Source: a virus. Taken from it: 64,000 nucleotides of DNA. The translations under genes and the position numbers were made by a program. Positions 57,316 through 64,000 of the stretch are shown in pieces. The DNA is taken from positions 1 to 64,000 of IMG/VR virus record IMGVR_UViG_3300032236_000443; one strand, given 5' to 3'. The notes under the pieces were generated by a model. The model was not told the DNA's origin, ran no database searches, and worked only from the letters and a program-made list of their open reading frames with translations. Position 1 is the first letter of the stretch. Every line of letters begins with the position of its first letter.

Positions 57316-57408
57316 TTTTCTTCTTTCTCTAGAGAGGTGTTATTTTCCCCATGCGCTTAGGGGAACCCTGGTATGTAGTATCCAAGACTTCTTAAAGAAT
57401 GTCAGGGT

Positions 57409-57639
57409 TTAGTCCTCACACTCATGTTCGTCTAGTTCATTTTCTAAAAGGACTTCTTCACAGTCTCTACACTTAAAGAAACGGACATCATCAAGTCCAA
57501 CGTGCAAAGAATCTGCGTGGTACTCATCTACAGCCATTTCTGGCTGAGCCAAGATTTCTGGGGGAAATGGACCTCTAGGACTATGCGCTACAGAAGGGAC
57601 TGCGTGACCTTGAACTGCAAACTTACGAATTAGAGGCAT
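57409..57639 (-). CDS. Small Zn-finger protein
   Basis: FKCRDC...HEC. Confidence 0.65.
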   Translation of the reverse strand: MPLIRKFAVQGHAVPSVAHSPRGPFPPEILAQPEMAVDEYHADSLHVGLDDVRFFKCRDCEEVLLENELDEHECED

Positions 57640-57940
57640 TTTTTGTTGCGGCCTTCTTTACAGTTTTCTTAGCGGTTGTGGGAGTCGGTGTAGAATCTGT
57701 ATCAGGAGCAACATCTTCGGCAACAGGTTCTGCTGCTGGCTCCTCAACGGGAGCAGCCTCTACTACTGGAGAGGTGTAGTTTGAAATAATAGCCTTGTAA
57801 GCGTCTGTTGTAGGAAGAAGTCCTGCATTCTTACGGTCGTTTAGGAATGCTGGAAGGTGCTTATCGCAGTAGAGAATCTCTGTTCCAAGAGTAATTTGAT
57901 AGACATATAGAGCATCCGAGTTGCAGTTAGCGCAATTCAT
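57623..57940 (-). CDS. Zn-finger protein with Lys tail
   Basis: CANC...YCDKH; ATGA coupling. Confidence 0.65.
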   Translation of the reverse strand: MNCANCNSDALYVYQITLGTEILYCDKHLPAFLNDRKNAGLLPTTDAYKAIISNYTSPVVEAAPVEEPAAEPVAEDVAPDTDSTPTPTTAKKTVKKAATKNASNS

Positions 57941-58245
57941 TTCTTTTTCCCTTTGTTAGCAGCCTGGATTGCTGCACCCTTTTTCTTAGCGTCAGCCTTA
58001 GAGGATGCACCCCATGCTTGGAGTGATAGAAGTAGGCGAGTAGGTGAGCCATCGGGCTTACGCTCTGGTCCTGGCATATTACCCATACGAGTAAGGAATG
58101 CGCCACGACGTGGGTTATTACCAGACTTAACTGGTGCCTTTAAATCTGAACCAGGGTGAGCCTTCTCGTAAGACTTGCGACCCTTTTCGTTAAGACCGCC
58201 CTTGGAGTTCTTACCTTCTTTACGCTGCCATGCTTCGCTTGCCAT
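57937..58245 (-). CDS. Basic phage protein (DUF6321-like)
   Basis: AWQRKEGKNSKGGLNEKGRKSY...LKAPV...RR..F..RM. Confidence 0.7.
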   Translation of the reverse strand: MASEAWQRKEGKNSKGGLNEKGRKSYEKAHPGSDLKAPVKSGNNPRRGAFLTRMGNMPGPERKPDGSPTRLLLSLQAWGASSKADAKKKGAAIQAANKGKKK

Positions 58246-58469
58246 TACCACATCACCCCGTGACTAAATTGATTTGGATTAAGAATATCTGCGCCACCAG
58301 TCATTGGACCAGGTGTACTCATCTGCGATTCTAACCAATATGCTGGTGGTTGCATCCCAAAGTTACGGACAATTTGTCCTTCTACAACAGTCGCTGAGTT
58401 CATAGCGCCTACTACTCCGTCATTGAAGTTGGAGTATGCTCCATCAGTTCTGTTTAGCGCTACTGGCAT
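58245..58469 (-). CDS. Hypothetical protein with C-terminal LNPNQFS
   Basis: 74 aa, coupled to both neighbours. Confidence 0.65.
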   Translation of the reverse strand: MPVALNRTDGAYSNFNDGVVGAMNSATVVEGQIVRNFGMQPPAYWLESQMSTPGPMTGGADILNPNQFSHGVMW

Positions 58470-58472
58470 AAA

Positions 58473-59138
58473 CTACTTCTTCTTTTTTTGAGCAGCCTTT
58501 TTAGCAGCCTCACGTGCTGTTGGGGTCTTTGTTGCTTTCTTAGCAGGCATAACTTGTGGCTGGTCTGCGTAGTGAGTAATTTTCTTTGTGACAGGGTCAC
58601 GGTGAGCATACTTCTGAACCTTTGCAGGCGCTTCCGTTGGTGCGGCTGGTGCAGGAGTTTCAGACTTTGCCTGTGGTGCTGAAGGCTTAACTGGAGACTT
58701 TGCAGGCATACCTAAATCAACAGGACCGCCCTTTGGTGCAGATGGAGTCTCTGATTGAGGAACGTTAGGAGAAGAAGGTGAACCCTTTGGTTTACTAGAC
58801 TTACGAGTAAATCCAAGTGACACATCGCCAAACTGTGCGTTAACTGGAGTTCCGCCTTCAGCGTGCTTTAGTACAGAACCAAGAAATTCTTTATGACGAC
58901 CGTGGTCGTTTTGCTTTGCTGCTTCACCAAGTACGTGATTTACAACAGCCATGCGCTCTTCGTGCGAGTTGTTTGTTACAGTCTTCCACTTATCGTGCTC
59001 AAGACTTGCAGAGTGCATACGAGCATTATTAATGCCGCTGAGCATTGAGCCCATGCGACCTCCGCTAGGTGTCAATCCCGAAAGCATTGAAAGGCCTTCG
59101 TTACCGTGGCCTGCTGTTGTACGACTCATCTCTGGCAT
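58473..59138 (-). CDS. Hypothetical protein with Pro/Lys-rich disordered tail
   Basis: Start adjusted to MPEMSR. Confidence 0.65.
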   Translation of the reverse strand: MPEMSRTTAGHGNEGLSMLSGLTPSGGRMGSMLSGINNARMHSASLEHDKWKTVTNNSHEERMAVVNHVLGEAAKQNDHGRHKEFLGSVLKHAEGGTPVNAQFGDVSLGFTRKSSKPKGSPSSPNVPQSETPSAPKGGPVDLGMPAKSPVKPSAPQAKSETPAPAAPTEAPAKVQKYAHRDPVTKKITHYADQPQVMPAKKATKTPTAREAAKKAAQKKKK

Positions 59139-59152
59139 AGTCTTATGGTCCC

Positions 59153-59509
59153 TTACTTTGTTTCGTCTGACTCTGTATTCGTCAAGCAATTTTCAATAGA
59201 AATTAGTCTTTCGCCCATCTCTACAAAGGCTTCCATAAGGATTGCTTGATTTGCGTAGAGTTTGTCTACCTTGTCCTTGGTGGTGCTTCCTCCGTTATTG
59301 CTGAGTTCTCCGTCAAGTTTGTTGAGGCGCTCCATAACTCCAGGAACACGGTCACGGCCTGGTTCTGCATCTTCGCCCTCCCAATCACGCATGAAACGTT
59401 CCATCCATGAGGACCAACGCTTTACCTTCTTACGAATAGGGTTGAGGAGAATCCCCAAACTGATGATGGCACCAGTAACGATGCCAAGAGTTGTAAAGAA
59501 AGTTGTCAT
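59153..59509 (-). CDS. Membrane protein (N-terminal TM + coiled coil)
   Basis: TM segment then FMRDWEGE...PGVMERL...NGGST.KD.VD, a pattern typical of actinophage lysis-region membrane proteins. Confidence 0.7.
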   Translation of the reverse strand: MTTFFTTLGIVTGAIISLGILLNPIRKKVKRWSSWMERFMRDWEGEDAEPGRDRVPGVMERLNKLDGELSNNGGSTTKDKVDKLYANQAILMEAFVEMGERLISIENCLTNTESDETK

Positions 59510-59724
59510 TGATTAAACCCAATTACCTTTGTTTTGCACCCATCGGTCCAATATAAACCAGGTTTTCCTGGAATTGGAATTATAGCCTGGGTACAGAAGC
59601 GCACATTATTAAGTGAAGGTGAATATCCTGGAGGGGTAATAGGAATTGCATGAGGTACATAGCCTGGAAAGAAAGGCTTATGGATTGCAACAATAACTGC
59701 CACTACAAGAAGATACTTTTTCAT
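59506..59724 (-). CDS. Small secreted/membrane protein
   Basis: Start adjusted to MKKYLLVVAVIVA (signal-like); two Cys. Confidence 0.5.
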   Translation of the reverse strand: MKKYLLVVAVIVAIHKPFFPGYVPHAIPITPPGYSPSLNNVRFCTQAIIPIPGKPGLYWTDGCKTKVIGFNQ

Positions 59725-59725
59725 T

Positions 59726-59905
59726 TTATTCTTTTGGATTACGTAGTCGAAGTGTAAGAATCCACACAATAAACGACGCAAGAGTTACTTTGCCAATAAC
59801 TGTTTTGGCGCTTCCTGTAAGGACTAGCCATGCTGAGAAAAGACCTACAAAGGTCCAGATTTCGCTAAAGAAATCTTTTGAAACATCTTTAAAGAATTGC
59901 TTCAT
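59726..59905 (-). CDS. 59-aa two-TM membrane protein
   Basis: Manual translation MKQFFKDVSKDFFSEIWTFVGLFSAWLVLTGSAKTVIGKVTLASFIVWILTLRLRNPKE; abuts the PA14 gene stop. Confidence 0.7.
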   Translation of the reverse strand: MKQFFKDVSKDFFSEIWTFVGLFSAWLVLTGSAKTVIGKVTLASFIVWILTLRLRNPKE

Positions 59906-62233
59906 TTAGTTACCAAACTTTCTACGTACTGCAGCGATGACGGTTGTCAACACTAGGATTTTCTTTGCTTTCTTTCTTGTAACAGGAGACATGTCGTTAC
60001 CGATATTCGCCATAGCGACGAATGCGTGGTTTAATGCCTGTACACCAGGTACTGCTGCAATGGCGCCAGTAACTGGAGTTTCAATAACGGGTACTGCAAC
60101 GTCAGGTGCGTTAAATGTTGTACCGCCTGGTTGTCCGATAAATGTAGCCGCAACAGTGATTGCCTCTGGAGGAATAGGAAGTCCTGAACCTGGAGGTGGG
60201 GCTGGTGGAGTAAGTTTACCGTCTTCTCCAACTACCTGTGGCGCTGACTTTGTTCCAAAGAATTCAATGCCGCCGTTTTCAACTCCAGGCTTATCTACCT
60301 GAACGTGAGCGACTAACGCCTCTGCTGGAGCAACTTTAGGTGTAGTGTCTGATAATTGGTCAGGACTGTTAGATACAAGACCAGGAACTACTACAACAGG
60401 AGGTTGTGATGCAGGAGCAGGTGCGGGTTCTGGTGCAGTCGTTGGAGCAGGCGCAGGAGCGGGTTCAGGCGCTGGCACAGGAGCAGGTTCGGGTTTTGGG
60501 TCTGGTTGCGGCGCAGGTTGCGGGTCTGGTTGAGGTTGTGGGTCTGGCTGAGGTTGAGGCTGAGGTTGTGGGTCAGGAGCAGGTTGAGGTTGTGGGTCTG
60601 GTTCAGGCTGAGGAGCAGATTGAGGTTCTGGAGCCGTGGGCTGATTATCAGTTTGAGCACTCTGGTTGGCAGCCGCCTGAGCAGCGGCATCTGCTGCCGC
60701 CTTATCAGCAGCCGCTTTAGCAGCAGCGGCATCTGCAGCGGCCTTAGCATCTGCGATTGCCTTTGCAGCAGCAGCGTCAGCAGCAGCCTTTTCTGCAATA
60801 GCGTTTTGAACTGTGGCTACTGCGTTATCTAACGCTTTTGCTGCATCATTTGCGGCTTGCTGTGCAACTGTTGCAGAATCATCTGCAGTAGCAAGGTCTG
60901 CGGTTGCAGTGTCTTGAACAACTTTGAGGACACCTTGTTGAGTGGTGAGGTTTTGCTGAGCAGTGGTGAGGTTTTGTTGGGCAATGGTGAGGTTTTCTTG
61001 TGCAGTAGTGAGGTTTTGCTGAGCATCTGCAACTGCTTGTTGAGCAGGTGGTATAGCCGCAATAGCATCAGCAGCCGCCTGCACTAACGCTGGGTCTTTA
61101 GTAGTAGTTGTTGTACCAAAAGCACTTGCTCCAGGAGTAGTGAAGTAACCTGTACCGTCTGCCCTAAAAATCATCCAACCAAGTGTGCAACTAGCACCAC
61201 CACCATTTTCGTAATACCAAATGATGAAGTCCTGTTGTTTGTCTGTTGTTGTGTTGTAGGTAGGTGAGTACTGACTCCAAGCAGTTCCTTGGTCTCTCCA
61301 ATTATTTATTGCAAGAACACCGTCAATGTACATCTTAGAACCATCGTCAGATGAAACAGCGTACTTAACAGACACAGCGTCATTAGGGACAGTAATTGTT
61401 CCCTCGTATTTAACAATGACATGGTCTGATAGTCCAGAGTTAAGAATTTGACCACTTCCCCAGTTAGCGGCAATGTAGGGAAGAGTAAGTACCTCTACTG
61501 GAGTTTGGTTAGCAATTACTGGTGAAGAACCGTTCGTCGCACGATATACCGTTGCGGTTACTCCATTGGTGGTCACAGTCACTGTTGAGGAATCTGCCGC
61601 TGCTTGTGCTGCAGTTGCGGCATTTGTTACATCGCTCAATGTTTGTTGAGTTTGGGCAACTGTAACTGTGGCACCATCAACTGTTGATTGGGAAGAGGCT
61701 ACTAATACGACGTTGTCTGAGACAACGGCAGTTGCCGAATCCACGCTAGATTGAGCAATTAGCACCAAAGCGGCTGAAACAGTGGCAGTTTCTAGGGCTT
61801 GTTGAGCAAGTTGAATCTTGGCTGCAGCGTCCTGTACGGCTACGGTAGCGCTATCTACAGCGGCTTGAGCCACGGGAAGTTCTGCAACTTTGGTCTGTAC
61901 ATCAGGGATTGCCTGAAGAGTAGCGGTAGAGTTATCAACAGCAGTTTGCACTGTGGCTGTTGCTGTCTCTATCTTGGCTGCAACAGTCTCTAAAGTAACG
62001 GAGGTAACCGTAGATGTATCAGACGATAAAGATGATTGGTTTGCTAATGGCGTGGCTAGTGATGGGTCTTGCGGTTGTACTACCACTTCTGTCGCTACTG
62101 AAGTAACGTCATCGGCTTGAGCAGTTTGCGCCAACGCTAAAGATAGGCAGAACAAAGCAGTTCCACCTAGACTTGCTTGTGTAATCCGTTTACGAACGTC
62201 AGATTGTGCTGCGAATGTACGCAGTGGTTTCAA
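59906..62233 (-). CDS. Secreted, C-terminally anchored PA14-domain surface protein
   Basis: Signal peptide (AQA), Ala/Gln coiled coil, PA14 motifs (SSDDGSKMYIDG, WYYENGGG), PQ/PA repeat stalk, C-terminal hydrophobic segment plus RRK. Confidence 0.8.
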   Translation of the reverse strand: MKPLRTFAAQSDVRKRITQASLGGTALFCLSLALAQTAQADDVTSVATEVVVQPQDPSLATPLANQSSLSSDTSTVTSVTLETVAAKIETATATVQTAVDNSTATLQAIPDVQTKVAELPVAQAAVDSATVAVQDAAAKIQLAQQALETATVSAALVLIAQSSVDSATAVVSDNVVLVASSQSTVDGATVTVAQTQQTLSDVTNAATAAQAAADSSTVTVTTNGVTATVYRATNGSSPVIANQTPVEVLTLPYIAANWGSGQILNSGLSDHVIVKYEGTITVPNDAVSVKYAVSSDDGSKMYIDGVLAINNWRDQGTAWSQYSPTYNTTTDKQQDFIIWYYENGGGASCTLGWMIFRADGTGYFTTPGASAFGTTTTTKDPALVQAAADAIAAIPPAQQAVADAQQNLTTAQENLTIAQQNLTTAQQNLTTQQGVLKVVQDTATADLATADDSATVAQQAANDAAKALDNAVATVQNAIAEKAAADAAAAKAIADAKAAADAAAAKAAADKAAADAAAQAAANQSAQTDNQPTAPEPQSAPQPEPDPQPQPAPDPQPQPQPQPDPQPQPDPQPAPQPDPKPEPAPVPAPEPAPAPAPTTAPEPAPAPASQPPVVVVPGLVSNSPDQLSDTTPKVAPAEALVAHVQVDKPGVENGGIEFFGTKSAPQVVGEDGKLTPPAPPPGSGLPIPPEAITVAATFIGQPGGTTFNAPDVAVPVIETPVTGAIAAVPGVQALNHAFVAMANIGNDMSPVTRKKAKKILVLTTVIAAVRRKFGN
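60941..61024. repeat. Four 21-bp tandem repeats encoding the heptad NLTTAQQ
   Basis: AGTGGTGAGGTTTTGCTGAGC-like unit x4. Confidence 0.8.
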
Positions 62234-62284
62234 GTATTCCCCTCGGAATCCTTAGTGCCCCCTCAATGGGTTAATTAAATCAGA

Positions 62285-62500
62285 TTATGCTGGCTTACGG
62301 TTCTTAATTAATTGAGCCTTGCCTGAACCAGTTTGTGAGTTAACGCTTTCACCTTCAACACCTTTACCGTAACCATTCCAAGAAACAATACTTGGTTCTG
62401 CTACAGACTTGTATCCTCTATCTGGTGTGTAGATAAAACCTGTTGATACTTCTGTTCTGTTATTTACTTTTAATACTTTGCGGTTTAGTTGTTTGCTCAT
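62285..62500 (-). CDS. Small basic hypothetical protein
   Basis: 71 aa, ATGA coupled. Confidence 0.6.
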   Translation of the reverse strand: MSKQLNRKVLKVNNRTEVSTGFIYTPDRGYKSVAEPSIVSWNGYGKGVEGESVNSQTGSGKAQLIKNRKPA

Positions 62501-62835
62501 GCGGACATTCCTGACGAAGCAGTTGCTGTACCACCAATACCGCCACCATCAGAAGTTGGTGCTGGCATTGCAGTGTCTGTAACTCCGTTAGTTGCTGCAC
62601 CCATTGATTCATCACCGTGTTGTTCAGCAGTTTCTTGTCCTGGTGTTTCTCCTTGCTCATGGTTAGCAGTGGTCATTCCACCAGTACCCATAGCACCGTA
62701 CATGTAAGGATAGTTTGCCCAGTTTGAGCCAAGACCAACATAGACACCAGAAAGACCACGACGTGCTTTCTTACGTCGCTCTTGCTCTGCTACGTCAGTT
62801 GCAGCAAGGAATTGCTGCGATAGGTTCTCATTCAC
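62497..62835 (-). CDS. Low-complexity hypothetical protein with N-terminal NLSQQF
   Basis: 112 aa. Confidence 0.65.
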   Translation of the reverse strand: MNENLSQQFLAATDVAEQERRKKARRGLSGVYVGLGSNWANYPYMYGAMGTGGMTTANHEQGETPGQETAEQHGDESMGAATNGVTDTAMPAPTSDGGGIGGTATASSGMSA

Positions 62836-63022
62836 CTGTTTGCCTCTGTCTTGGTTGGTTAAGTTCTAGTTGGGTCATATTGCCGATGTTGTAGTTGCCA
62901 AAGTCTCCGTTAGGACCACCAAAGATTCCATCAGCAACCTTCTCGTTTTGAGGGCGCTGCTGATAGTAGTAGGCAGTGGTTGTCAACGGCACGCTTGTTA
63001 GGGCTTTGTTATCCGTTGGCAT
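62828..63022 (-). CDS. Hypothetical protein
   Basis: Start adjusted to MPTDNK. Confidence 0.55.
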   Translation of the reverse strand: MPTDNKALTSVPLTTTAYYYQQRPQNEKVADGIFGGPNGDFGNYNIGNMTQLELNQPRQRQTGE

Positions 63023-63212
63023 AATCAAACAATCCTTCTGGGTCATAAACTTCTAAAGAAGTCTTTAATAGTGTGTAGCCAGTTTCCTTTGCGTGATGAC
63101 CGCAAAAGAACAATTCTCCTGTGCGTAGCGTTGCTCGTACCAGGGCTCTTGCGCTGCAACGGTCGCAACGGTCTTCTGCAGTAAGTTCTTTAGGACTGAC
63201 TGCGGTGTTCAT
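63009..63212 (-). CDS. Actinobacterial-type small Zn-finger protein
   Basis: LTAEDRCDRCSARA...LFFCGHH. Confidence 0.75.
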   Translation of the reverse strand: MNTAVSPKELTAEDRCDRCSARALVRATLRTGELFFCGHHAKETGYTLLKTSLEVYDPEGLFDYANG

Positions 63213-63382
63213 TATGAACTAAATCCTGGCTTAGCAAGGGGTTGAGAATTGTTAGCAGCAAACTTATTGTCGCTACCAGATGTATCTAACCCTGCTGGAC
63301 CATCGTACTTTGGGTTCTCAGGCATGGCTTGTTTGTTAGCCGTAATGTTTGGCTGACCACCAAACTGTGAGTTAGAAATCAT
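63212..63382 (-). CDS. 56-aa hypothetical protein with N-terminal ISNSQF
   Basis: Manual translation MISNSQFGGQPNITANKQAMPENPKYDGPAGLDTSGSDNKFAANNSQPLAKPGFSS; TAATG coupling to the next gene. Confidence 0.6.
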   Translation of the reverse strand: MISNSQFGGQPNITANKQAMPENPKYDGPAGLDTSGSDNKFAANNSQPLAKPGFSS

Positions 63383-63388
63383 GTGTTT

Positions 63389-63418
63389 ATTCTACTCTCT
63401 CAAAGGATGGTGTATGCT
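63389..63418. promoter_or_regulatory. Divergent leaderless promoters
   Basis: Minus-strand TAGAAT 6 nt before ATG 63382; plus-strand TATGCT 6 nt before ATG 63425; neither gene has an RBS. Confidence 0.55.
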
Positions 63419-63424
63419 CCAACC

Positions 63425-63601
63425 ATGCCTAAGTATCAATACGCTTGTATCAACTGCGATAAGGACTACGAAAAAGAGCGTAGCATCCACGATGCAGAAC
63501 CTAAGTATGTCTGCGACGATTGCGGCTACGCTCTTCAACGAGTCTTTACATCCTTTGGCCTTCAGTTCAAAGGCTCAGGATTTTACTCAACTGGAAATTA
63601 G
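63425..63601 (+). CDS. FmdB-family Zn-ribbon regulatory protein
   Basis: MPKYQYACINC...CDDCG...FKGSGFYST; the only convincing plus-strand gene. Confidence 0.88.
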   Translation: MPKYQYACINCDKDYEKERSIHDAEPKYVCDDCGYALQRVFTSFGLQFKGSGFYSTGN

Positions 63602-63990
63602 TTGTAGTTAGGGTCTGCAGGAACCTCTGGTTCTGCAGGTGCTGCTGGTGCAGCAGGTGTAACTACTGAAGTTCCACCTTGTGCTGAGATAACGATATCT
63701 TGACCAGTCTGCTTTGCTTCGACCTGTAGGTCTGCTGCAGTCTTGGAGTTAACATCAACTGCTGCAAATGCTGCGTTGATTTCATCCATGTCAAGTTTTC
63801 CGTCATTCATAAAGCCACGAGCAAGTTTCTCAACTACTGCGGCAACTGCGGTAAGTCCAGCAACTGAAACTGCTTTGACAACAGAGATACCTGCTACAGA
63901 ACCAGCACCAATTACTGATAGGCCTGAAGCGGCAAACACTGCGACAATACGCAAAAGGATGTTGCCAAATAACTTAAGTCCGTCTTTCAT
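63598..63990 (-). CDS. Holin-like membrane protein
   Basis: Two hydrophobic helices, then DGKLDMDEINAAF. Confidence 0.55.
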   Translation of the reverse strand: MKDGLKLFGNILLRIVAVFAASGLSVIGAGSVAGISVVKAVSVAGLTAVAAVVEKLARGFMNDGKLDMDEINAAFAAVDVNSKTAADLQVEAKQTGQDIVISAQGGTSVVTPAAPAAPAEPEVPADPNYN

Positions 63991-64000
63991 TCTTCTTTAC

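Noticed and set aside
60400-60640. Short tandem repeats GGTTGTGGGTCT-like
   Set aside because: They encode the Pro-Gln stalk of the PA14 protein and are not a separate element
83-62707. Numerous plus-strand and alternate-frame ORFs in the ORF track
   Set aside because: They are shadows of well-supported minus-strand genes (especially over Gly/Ala/Thr-rich and collagen sequence), with no RBS or recognisable motifs; only FmdB (63425-63601) is credible on the plus strand
1-64000. Alternative genetic code (stop-codon reassignment)
   Set aside because: TAA, TAG and TGA all terminate full-length conserved genes, and coding density is high under code 11

Overview
The window is about 64 kb of a tailed dsDNA bacteriophage genome. 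It is a contractile-tail (myovirus) phage of the Mycobacterium cluster C (Bxz1)/Rhodococcus E3-like type, judged from the gene set, gene order and N4-gp56-type capsid protein. The host is probably a low-GC (mid-40s% by eye) freshwater actinobacterium; this is inference from leaderless promoters, gene families and composition. Almost all real genes are on the minus strand. In transcription order (right to left) the window holds: small accessory and membrane genes plus a PA14 surface protein (64.0-55.4 kb); terminase, portal, scaffold and major capsid (55.4-47.6 kb); a long fibre/adhesin region with collagen fibres, an Mtd-type protein, an inserted GH130-like plus TPR pair and a duplicated cassette of glycine-rich adhesin-like proteins (47.6-31.6 kb); a cluster of very basic small proteins, one acidic protein and a LysM protein (31.1-28.9 kb); neck, sheath, tube, chaperone, tape measure and baseplate (28.7-13.1 kb); and a complete replication module (initiator with internal iterons, DnaC-like loader, DnaB, primase, SNF2 helicase, SSB, PolA, RecA; 12.5 kb to the left edge). 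I saw no tRNA, rRNA, CRISPR array, integrase or reverse transcriptase. The most interesting leads are: a shared L-N/S-x-x-Q-F peptide tag on unrelated, probably virion-internal proteins; a modular fibre-adaptor-adhesin system with a possible glycan-modifying enzyme; a +1 (UUU_CGU) frameshift in the tail chaperone; a basic-protein/acidic-protein cluster; and hairpins with anti-Shine-Dalgarno-like loops. All calls come from reading motifs by eye; no database searches were run.
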